From the NCBI GenBank assembly GCA_001938485.1, contig MQRK01238235.1, positions 1 through 60,452 of the forward strand: DNA of 60,452 nt, read 5' to 3'. Below are positions 50,259 to 60,452 of the stretch, piece by piece; the stretch's first letter is position 1, and each line of letters starts with the position of its first letter. Position numbers and translations under genes: made by a program. The notes under the pieces are model-generated. The model did no database searches. It saw only the letters and a program-made list of their open reading frames with translations, and was not told the DNA's origin. Source of the stretch: Girardia tigrina (taxonomy: Eukaryota).

Positions 50259-50779
50259 TGTAAAAATAAATCACTATAATCAAGGTTTCAAAGTTTCACT
50301 AAGCTTCCATAGTTCAAAAATGTTTATGTTGGGTTTGGACATATTTGAAGAACCCCTATTGGAATGGAACTCAATATGAAAAGTAAGCATCATTTCAAAA
50401 TTTTGTTTTCTATACAAATTTTCTTGAAAAATTATTTTCTATTCACAAAACTTTATAAATAAAAGTAGTGTAATAGAAATATAAGTTAAAATTCTAATTT
50501 ATATTTTACAATCACACAATTTTCAAATTTATAATTTCTAAATTTTAATTTTTTAACATTTTAAAGTTTTATAAATTTAAAGTTTCACACTTCGAAATAT
50601 TTACAATTTTAAATTATAATGTTCAAAAATTTTCGTGTGCACAAAATCTTAATATAGCCCTATTTTTGTAAATTTTGAACTTTTTTCATATTGATTAATA
50701 TGTATTTACTATTTAAACTTGAGTCTTCATCTCCTCTAGTGCCCATGCTTAATGATTTTGTATTGACCCTCTAATCTAT

Positions 50780-51290
50780 CCTCTACTTTTGTTCTTCTTT
50801 CCTTTTTAACAAGACTAAATCCCCGATTTTGAATATTTGTTGTGTCACTTTTTTTATCCTTTGTTTTACATTTTCTCGATCTTTTTTTACCGCTTAATCA
50901 TTGATTTAGATCTACTTTCCTGCTAGGAACACCACCTCTGCTGTGCTGCAACATACCGTTTTCTGTTTTCCTGCATTTATAGCAAGTGTTTTCTCTGGTA
51001 AAATATCTCATCAGCTCGCTTTATTTTAGACTTGCTTGTATAATTTTTTGAATTGTTCAAAACTGTCTCTCAATTATCTTGTTTATTTTACAGGGGTATG
51101 GGCTAGAGATGTCAAGCTCGAATCATTTGAAGTCCAGCATTTCTTTGAGTTTCTTAGCTTCGAAACTCTTCCTCAATCAACGTGAATATATTTTGTTGGT
51201 CCAAAATTTATTATCAATTTCTGCAGTGTAGTTTGTACTATTGTTTCCTTGCCCTGTCTCTTTATTGCCATCTAGCTCAATTAGTTACTA
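50780..51290 (-). mobile_element. Gypsy integrase fragment
   Basis: Similar to 17100-17560, for example CTTCGAAACTCTT(A)CCTCAATCAAC. Confidence 0.75.
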
Positions 51291-52799
51291 ACATGATCAC
51301 TCATTCTTACAATATATCTTTCTCTTCGTATCGTCTCTCTCCATCGTCTCTCTCTCCACAAATATCTACATGTGTATTTTTCGAATATTTCTGTTAAAAT
51401 TATTTTCGTGGTTTTCTCTTTTGTCTCGTCGTTGTCATCTTTGTTTGTGAAACTCTGTACATGTGTCTATTACCTCTTTTGCTGTTTTTCCTACTTCATT
51501 CAAATAGTAATACGTTTTTTTTGGCTCATATGTAATATTTAATTTTATTATTTGTTATTTTAATTTTATTATATTTTAATATATGTTTAAATTTAATATT
51601 TGTTTGCATGATCAGTTTTACTTGTTTCTCTCTAAGTATCCATTCTTTTTTAACCTCTCGCGCTTTGCATCTCGTTGTTACTGTGTAAAAATGTGAGTTC
51701 TAATATAAATTTGTATATTATTAGTTCTTCTAAAAGGAATTTGGAAGCATGTATGTTAATGTTAAGACAACCTAATGAGAATGTGGAATAAAAATGAAAA
51801 TTTACATTTGCTTAATTGTATCAATTCAACAATATTCCATTTGTGTCTTTACAAATTTTGATCGGTTTTAAAAATAAAAAACTTTTCAATTCGGAGAATT
51901 AAACAAGATGAAGACTTTAAAAACTTTATCTTTATTGTTGAAACCTTTTAGAATAAGAAGCTTTGATAATTTATAATTATGTTCTATCTGATTCGACGAT
52001 TAAATATTTATGAGATTTTTATGATAGATTTTGTGAGAATTCTTGATGTCTCTTAAATTTTTGAATTAAAGATAAAAAAACATTTTAAATTAATATTAAT
52101 TTATAAAAGTAAAAAATGGAAATTTATTGTAAAATAAGTTGTGGAGGTCGGCCTCAAGTATACCGATCGGATCATGGCGTCCATATGCTAGATCGTCGAT
52201 GCAGGATTCTGTAACACGAGGGAGCAGAGAATGCTCAACGGTACTAAAACGTTACCAGTGAGTAATGGCGTTTGAATAACACAAAGGCCGCCATATTGCC
52301 CGTCAGCGCCACATCCGGATCGCTCGGGTCTGTCCGATTGTCTAACCGGTGATCTCACGAATAGATCCTCCGTTAAAAGATTTGATTCATAAGTAATTTT
52401 CGAAAAGTCATTAATAATGACTCATTGTTGTTAACCACGAACCTAATAGATATATTAAACTAAAATATACGTGATTTAATAATTGAGAAATTTGATGATT
52501 TGAGTTATTGTAAAATAAAATGTTTAGGAAAGATTTTCACTTCTCTAAGTCGTTTCAAGGATTAGTCGTTACAATCGTAATGATATATTTTAAAAAATAA
52601 ATGTCAAAATCTATCGGTTGGAAGCTTGTAAAATTGAAGTTGCAATTAACGATGTGATTGCTGATGAGGACTTTTCTCAAGATAACTTTTACAAAGTAAA
52701 ATTTGTCGAAAGAATTATTACTACATTGAAATTTTTAACACAACAAAGTATCGCCTCTATTTTTTTCAATTTTTCATAACCTTGCTTTCTAAATTTATA

Positions 52800-53190
52800 C
52801 TCTAAAACTTCTAATAATCCCCCATCTTCTAATAATCACACAGTACATCTATTTTTTTCTGATCAAATGTTTTCTCGAGAAAAATCCCCCACTTCTATTA
52901 ATTCCCCATGCTGAAAATTTTTAAATAAAAATTTTTGTCTCATATGATTTAAAAAAAGATTTATGATTATAAGGCTGGAGGCAACAAGCTCCAAACAACA
53001 AAAAAATTCAAAATAGATCGTAAAACACTGAATTGGAATCTAGCTATTCAGATATTGATGAATAAATTTGGTTTTCTAAAATTTTGTTTTGGTTTTTAAA
53101 AATTACTAATAATCCGTCATGTCCTTGTTTTTCCAAATTTTTTAAAAAAAATAGAATAATCTCCCAGGAGGATTATTGGAAGTTTAAACG
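52800..53190 (+). mobile_element. pogo-like MITE
   Basis: TA-flanked imperfect TIRs CTCTAAAACTTCTAATAATCCCCC and GGAGGATTATTGGAAGTTTAAACG. Internal remnant GNKLQTTKKFKIDRKT is HTH-like. Confidence 0.6.
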
Positions 53191-53288
53191 TATATATATA
53201 TATATATATATATNNNNNNNNNNNNNNNNNNNNNNNNNNNNNNNNNNNNNNNNNNNNNNNNNNATATATATATATATATATATATATC

Positions 53289-53630
53289 CATGGAATTTAG
53301 AAAAATATTTTTGAAGGCTTTTTACTAAATCAATTTTCTTCAAACTTTGCACATTTACTCATTTTCGAGGACAATAAATGATAATGTGAAAATTTGATCA
53401 AAAGAACTTTTTAAGATCTCATAATTGGAACAGAACGGTAAAATCGGTGTTCCTGAATAATATAAGCATAAAAATATCTACTTATAAATTATAAGTAGTT
53501 TATATTACCCAAAAAAATAAATTGAAAGATAAATTAAGTCCAGTAAACCGATGTAGAGTGTAACTAGTAAATTAAATAAACATTTTTTGATATCCATACT
53601 TTATGCGGGCAGAACTTTACTTGACCAACA
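53289..53630. repeat. Second copy of the CATG-terminated element end, abutting (TA)n
   Basis: Homologous to 28980-29302. Confidence 0.6.
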
Positions 53631-55589
53631 ATATTTGTAAAATTTTTATTGTATTTTTTTGAAAATAGTTTTTTTTAATTAAAAATTTTATAAATTAAAC
53701 AAAAAAGCAATAAAAACATTGAAAAATTGAAAAACAATCTTTCCCTGGAACGTTAGAATCTTCACACAAGAAAAAGATATTCGTGAAAACACTAACACAC
53801 ACACAGATTTTCTTCATTGTACAATGTATGGAGAAATGAAAATTGAAATTTAGTTAACTTAATTATAGAAATTTTAATTAAAAAAAATATATTCAAAAAA
53901 CAATAAAAATTAAAAAAAATTCTGTTGGCCATGTGGAGTTCTTTTTCGCGTAAAGAATGGATATAAAATTTTTTTATGATTTACTAGTTCACAATATAGA
54001 AAGGATTTTATATCACACTTTCTATAAAAAATCTTTATTGAATCTCTTGTTAAAGGACTTTTAATGCTCCACGACGCAACTGCAATCATGTTCAAGACCA
54101 TGTCTAGGTACACTTGCTAAATCGAAATGAACTAGTTAGATGACAATTACCAAAGCTCTGCAGAATCATAACTTGATTATCGTTTCTTTAAATGTTAAAG
54201 ACATCAAGTTCTTCAATTTATTAATCAATTTAATTAGATTTTGCGAATTTCTAACATATATTTAAATAATCTTTATAATTTACTAATCAAAATCTTATGT
54301 CAAATTTAATAAACATAAATATAAAACTGGAATTTCGCTGCTCTAAAGCATGCATTTTTAATTACTTAATTTTATTCGCTGAAGAATTACACCAAAAAAA
54401 CATTAAAATAAATTAATTTTCTTTTCTGTAATTTTTTTCTTTGAAAAATTGAAAATATTTAATTTTTCATGAGAACTAATAATTATCATTCATTTCTGAC
54501 ACTATTTTTTCCTAATGAGTTTTGATGACTATTAATTCCGATCGTCTTGGGACATCCTTCTCGAATAATGAATTTATTATTGTAGCTAGACTTCTTTCCT
54601 TTCTCTCTCTAATTTTTATTAAAATTATTCCACTTGATTTTTCTTCACTTTTCGTCTAATTTTATTTCTTACTCAAACGTAATTTGAAAAGTGAACTGAA
54701 CCAAAATGAAATTATAAATGATAATATAACTAAAAATTCTTGAAATGCACAAAAAATGAGAATGAAAGAGAGTGACAAAAAGATTATTGAGGAGTCTTTT
54801 GATATTTAATGGAACCTTTAATTTCCTTTTGAGGAGTTCTTCAAACTGATGTATGTGTATTCCTCGCATTATGTTCCAAGCCTTCAAATTAAACACGCAA
54901 TATTCTGACAACTGATAAGAATTATATACATATTCATGTGGGCACAATTGAGGATCCTTCAAGAGCTTATTTGGTTAGATCAATTGTTTTCTCAAAATCA
55001 CTTACATAAAATCAGGTCTGAGTAATCATTGATCCATTCCTCAAAGATTTCAGGATAAATAGAAATTACTTAGTTCATTTTGAATTAATCGTTGTGGCTC
55101 TTTATTGAAACTTCCCTTTATTATTCAAACAATCTACATACAGAAAGAGAAATCTTCGAAAAAATCAGGACGGGTGTATTCTTGTACTTGATGCTAAGAA
55201 AACACTAGAATCAAATATTGTGACAAGTGATCTAAAAAAACAACCCCTCTCAAAACAAGAATTTGTCATCTTTCTCAACTGAAATGGAAGCTAGTCAATA
55301 AACTTTTGAAGTAACATAAAGTATGTTTACAGATTTGGAAACATTGAATGCAAAATTAAAGATTATTATGTTAACTGTTTTCGAAAATTGATATTTTATC
55401 AATAAAAGATAAATTAAACCATAATATCAAACCACCACAATTTTTGGTATTTTAATGAAATATCTTCTTACTTCAGCAAGCGTTTCTCCGTAGTTTCTCA
55501 ATACTTAATCTTATTCTATATTACAGAAACGACAAAGTTTTAATGATGAAAATATAGAAAACAAATGTGTTCAAATTATAAATTATATA

Positions 55590-56766
55590 TTAGGGTGAAC
55601 CAAAAGTATTTTTGTATTTTTTATTAAAAATTTAAACATCATTTTACAACAAATAAAAAACATTTAAGTTTCAAAGTAAAGGCCATTTGAATCTATTGCT
55701 TGAACCCATCTATGGGCAAGTTGTGCGATCCTGCTGCGGTACCAATCCTTGTTCTTAGAAGCAAAGAACTGGTGACACCCGTTTTCGACTTCGGCCAGAT
55801 TATTGAAGCTGCAACCACGAAGAAAGTGTACCATAGAGCTGAAAAGGTGATTGTCGGATGGCGCAGGATCCGGACTATACGCTGGGTGTGAAAGAAGTTC
55901 AAAGGCATCGAGATTTTTGATTTTTTCTTTGTTTGTTTGGCGGTGTGCGGTTTTGCATTGTCCTGTTGTAGAAGAACTCGCTTTCGATTGATCGAACACA
56001 CTGATAAACACACAAAAGTGCCTTCCTTGAAAAACGATCTCGTTTCGCTATCGGTTTCGCCATTTGTCCGGGGTCCAACCCTTGACTTTGTTGGTCTGAA
56101 TTACTGAAGTAAACCAACTTTTCATAGCAAGTTACAATTACACGGATGAAATGGTTATTGCGCGGATTTTCAAGCAATTTTTGACAAGTTTCGAAACGCT
56201 TTTCGACTTGAATTTGTGTCAATTCATGAGACCCTTCTCGACATCGTCTATTGACCTTGCTAAGAGCGTGAAGGTGTCGTACAATGGTTGTTTGAAGAAT
56301 ATCGAGTTCGACCGACAATCTGTGAGTACTTATTGACGGATTTATCTCGACGGCTTCATGAATTGCTACGGAATATACGGTGATAGGTCGGCCTGAACGT
56401 GCATTGTCTCCGAGGTCAATGTCGCCTTCGTTGAACCTTTTAAACCAATTTTGTGCAGTACGATTTGAGACCATATTATCGCCTTCAACTTCGCATATCT
56501 TCTTTGTTGTTGCAGTTGCGTTTAAGCCAATTTTCCAGTAATGGCGTAAAAGAACACGAATTTCAAAATTTTCCATGATTTTTCTAAAAGACCATAAAAA
56601 TTATATTAACCACTAATCAGAAGTTTTAATATATATATTGCGATAGAGCAGTTTAAGAGCTTTCAAAACATATAACACATGTATATAAAATATCTTTATA
56701 ATGGTAATAAGAAACAATTGAACAAAAAGACGTAGAAAATACGAAAAGAATTTTGGTTGACCCTAA
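55590..56766 (-). mobile_element. Near full-length mariner with an internal deletion
   Basis: TA-flanked TIRs TTAGGGTGAACCAAAA and TTTTGGTTGACCCTAA. ORFs read MENFEIRVLLRHYWK...RSGRP, QQDNAKPH and HPAYSPDPAPSD...NGLYFE. Confidence 0.93.
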
Positions 56767-56960
56767 TATGTTTTAAATTATATATGTTGTATATAATAAA
56801 TTATAAAATGACCCGACAAATGCGTTAAAATGGATTGCATAAATGTTTTATTATTAATTCGTTAATGCAAAAATATTTTTTAAACATAAATCTGTCTGAC
56901 CAAAATAATGGACCAAAAAATAAATAAAAAACAAATTTATTAATATCAATTAAACAATTA

Positions 56961-58046
56961 CACTGATAAACACAAGTTTTGTTTCCTGTTTGAAATCGCT
57001 TGTTTCTAGTTAATTTGAATGTGCTGATCACGAATCTGAACTTCATTTTTGTCGAGGACCTATAGTTTATTATGTATGCGTCAGTGGTGGCTGTGGTTAA
57101 GAATAGGCTTCTTGGTTTTTCTCATATGCCAAATGAATGGCGACTGTTCATAGACAAATTCAGTTTGAAGGCATTTCTTCTGGACATAGGAAATAAATCC
57201 ATCTGTCCCTGTTAGATACGCTGTACATATGAAGGAGATGTACCAAAATATGGAGGAGTTGCTACTGAAGATACAGTTCTCCAAGCATCAAGGGGACATT
57301 TTTGATGATCTGAAAGTGATCGGGCTGTTGCTAGGTATGCAGTGTGGCTATACAAAGTATTATTGTTTCCTATGTGAGTGGGATAGCAGAGTAAGAGAAC
57401 AGCATGACATCAGACAAGACTGGCCTCAAAGAGAGATGCTACAGCCTGGGCGCATGAATGTCAGTATCCCAGATAGATACTGCTACCACCACTACATATT
57501 AAGCTAGAGCTAATGAAGAACTTTGTGAAGGCAATGGATCGAGGTGCTGCTGGTTTCCAGTAGTTACAGGAGAAGTTTCCACACATAAGCCAAGGGAAAT
57601 TAAAGGAAGGAATCTTTGTTGGGCCAAAAATTCATAACATTATGTTGCATCAAAACTTTGACGCAGCACTAAAGCCAGATGAACTAGAAGCTTGGAATGT
57701 CTTCAAAGCCTTCGTTACTCAGTTTCTCGAGAATGAAAAGTCCTCAAATTACCAGTTCGTCATCAATAACCTCCTACAGTACTACTAGCGTTTAGGGTGC
57801 AATATTTCCTTGAAAATTGATTTTCTCCACTCTCACTTGGACTTCTTTCCTGCCAACCTTGGTGACGTCAGTGACGAGCAAAGGGAAAGATTTCACCAGG
57901 ATATCGGTTGCTTGGAAAAGCGGTATCAAGGCAAATGGAGTCAGGCCATGTTTGCAGACTACTGCTGGACTCTGTCTTCTACAGCTACCCTGGTTGTAAG
58001 ACAAAATAAATACTGCAACTTTATTTGATAACATTTATTTACAGTG
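56961..58046 (+). mobile_element. Chapaev3-like (CMC) DNA transposon, internally deleted
   Basis: CACTG...CAGTG termini with a TTA duplication (56958-56960 and 58047-58049). Motifs DLKVIGLLLGMQCGYTKYYCFLCEWDSR, PPLHIKL.LMKNFVKAMD, KEGIFVGP and FLHSHLDFFPANLGDVSDEQRERFHQDI...ADYCW. Confidence 0.82.
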
Positions 58047-59003
58047 TTACAAATTTCGTACTACATACAAAAACAATATTGTCTAAGTTGTAGGGAAGGA
58101 CCTGCTTCTTGTACTAACTCGCCACCTTAGAACATCTTGTCACTACTCTTTCGCTTGTGCCTAGTGGCTGCATTGTAATGCAGCTGAAGTTGATATATTT
58201 CAGTTGATAGTTTTAAAATAATAATTTTAAAAGAAATAATACAATAAATAAAAGTTTTTGCGTAAATTTATATATCAAGCTGCTAAAAAAGTTTTTTACG
58301 AAATTAAATAGTTTTCTATAAATTAATTTTAAAATTAGATGTTATATAAATGTAAAAAATTAGTTTTATTGTGTTTAGAATATTATTTTAAAAAATACAA
58401 AACAATAAATATTTATAAATTTTTATAAGTTGATTGCATCTTATTTAAATTAAATAAATTAATTTTATAGGTAACAAAATTTTTAAAAGCATTCTAAAAT
58501 AATAAAAAAAGTTTTAATTAAAAAGAAAAGTTCAAAAATATGTTATCGAATATAACAAATTATTTTTAAATTTTTTAGACATTAATTGGATTTTATTTAA
58601 TGGAATAAATAATTTTATTTTTCATATAATTTTTAAAAATGCATTGTAAAAATAATAAAAATTTGAAATAGTAAAAAGTCAAAAATAAGTTATAGAATAT
58701 AATAAATTCTTTTGAATGTAAAATAGAATTTATGAAGCGAGTTGAAAATTTTAATTAATGAAAATTTGTTTGAAAATTGGGAGTTGTCGTATTAATAAAT
58801 TTTGGTGTTAAAAATGAATTCTGATATTGATGTTGCAACCACTTCTCACACATTTAATGGTTAAAATTAAGGTTGACTCAGTAATTTCACTGAAACAGTC
58901 AAATTGCGAAAATTTGTTTAAATTATTTATAAATATACTTTTTACAAATCTTTTAGAAAAATCCTACATTTTAAATGTAGAAAAATTCCGAGATCATTTA
59001 TGA

Positions 59004-59110
59004 CTATTTCCAAAACTATTCTGACTAAAACTGAAATGATTTTGACAAATTCCAAAATGAATCTCACTACTTCTAAAATGAATTTGACTACTTCTAAGTT
59101 GAACTTTATT
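59004..59110. repeat. Degenerate 21-bp tandem repeat (five units)
   Basis: ACTATTTCCAAAACTATTCTG / ACTAAAACTGAAATGATTTTG / ACAAATTCCAAAATGAATCTC / ACTACTTCTAAAATGAATTTG / ACTACTTCTAAGTTGAACTTT. Confidence 0.65.
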
Positions 59111-59593
59111 AAACATGAAATATATATTTCTGGTCTGAGACATTCGAAATTTTCTGTAGCTTAAAGACCCTAAATTTTAATATTGTTTTATAAATTATTT
59201 TAAGTAATGTTGTGATTTACTCACTGAACTGTGATTAGGTATGTCAGTTGCGTTTATGCCATTTTCATTATCCAAAATTTCAGAAGTCATTTATCGCAAA
59301 ACTTTTATATTGACAATAATACACATACATAAACAAATTTCTTGTTAATTCAATTATTTCGCCAAAATCTATCAATTAAATTTTTCTTCCAATTTAATTT
59401 GTAAAATTTAACTTATAATTATAAAATAGACTTTAAATTACAACTAAAAATGTTTCCTAAACTTTTATCCTAAAACTAATTAATGTAAATTTACCATAAG
59501 CCTTTTATTTTAAAAAATTATTTCTTAAAAATATTATAAATTTCAATCCGTTTATTATTTATTTTAAAATTCTTATTTCAAAACTTTTATTAA

Positions 59594-59834
59594 CCCTACA
59601 ATGCGCCGTGATTCATATTTGAATCAACCATATTTTACCTCAATATCTTTTAATCACGTGATATTCTTTGAGTGTTTACATACTGTGAACCAAAAACATT
59701 GTCTATGGAATGATAACTNCCCATAAAGTCATAGATGCAATATATTTTGTCAACAAAAATGACAGTTCAGTTTGTAATACTGGCCGCGTGTGTTGCATAT
59801 ATTTTTATATTTAAAAAAATTGCGCATTGTAGGG
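59594..59834. mobile_element. piggyBac-type MITE (241 bp)
   Basis: TTAA-CCCTACAATGCGC...GCGCATTGTAGGG-TTAA. An empty paralogous site with a single TTAA is present at about 46100. Confidence 0.9.
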
Positions 59835-60334
59835 TTAAAATATATCAATTGTTATGACTGTAAATTTTTTTTATTTTTATTTAAGTATTTAATTTTTGTT
59901 GGTTTTCTTTTTAATATCATTTTTATTTTAAAACCTTTTTGTATTTACTAAGTTTTTGAAAACTTTCACATTTAAAAAAATGACAAATTATTTTGCCGAA
60001 GTGCAAATTTAAAGTGCAAATATTTAAAAGTAGAGTTTAATTAAAAACCCAAAAGGTTTTAAAGTAAAATTGTTTAGGTATTCTGGAGTGTTTTTAAAGA
60101 TATGAGAGCGGAAAACTATTAAATATATTATGACCAGGGACATGACTATTCCGCGGGCCGAAAATACATGATGAAAACTATATCCCAAAGAGTTAAGATC
60201 CCTTGAAATCGTCGAAATAAATAATATTTGTATTGTTATAAAAAAAGTTTTCAAAGCAAAACTTATTTTTGATCTTGTACAAGAAATATCTTTCTAAACA
60301 AAAGTAAAAAGAAAATAAAATATTAAATATTATA

Positions 60335-60452
60335 TGTGAGAAGTGGTTACAACGTCTATATCCGAATTCATTTTTTTAAACACCAAAATTTTATTAATAT
60401 AACAATTCACATTTCTAAAACAAATTTTCCTGTTAATTTAATTTAATTATCT
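60335..60452 (+). repeat. LTR family A start, inverted relative to 58745-58850
   Basis: TGTGAGAAGTGGTTRCAAC...GAATTCATTTTT..ACACCAAAATTT in both copies. Confidence 0.65.

Noticed and set aside
53910-55320. Short minus-strand ORFs as exons of a host gene
   Set aside because: No family recognised and no consistent splice or frame structure could be established by eye.

Overview
A very AT-rich eukaryotic window with N gaps and (TA)n tracts. Composition and repeat content suggest an invertebrate such as a triclad flatworm, but that is inference. It contains no intact host gene, no RNA gene I can recognise and no CRISPR array. It is a layered graveyard of transposable elements: about ten mariner/Tc1-type elements (irritans-like, Mos1-like, DD41D, and an IS630-like DD35E), pogo elements, MULE fragments, a Chapaev3-like element, a piggyBac MITE, Helitron/Helentron-like elements, several Ty3/Gypsy remnants and solo LTRs, and two RT+GIY-YIG Penelope-like elements (PLEs). 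The most notable signals are: (1) minimal hammerhead-ribozyme motifs just 3' of both PLE ORFs, plus two decayed copies; (2) a 281-bp solo LTR made almost entirely of back-to-back hairpins, nested in a foldback element; (3) an LTR family that appears to end in TA rather than CA, with the gag ATG formed at the LTR/PBS junction; (4) decayed host-gene fragments, namely a CUL2 N-terminus absent from the ORF track and a HAT1 copy lacking its acetyl-CoA-binding core; (5) a tandem array of RFX X-box palindromes.
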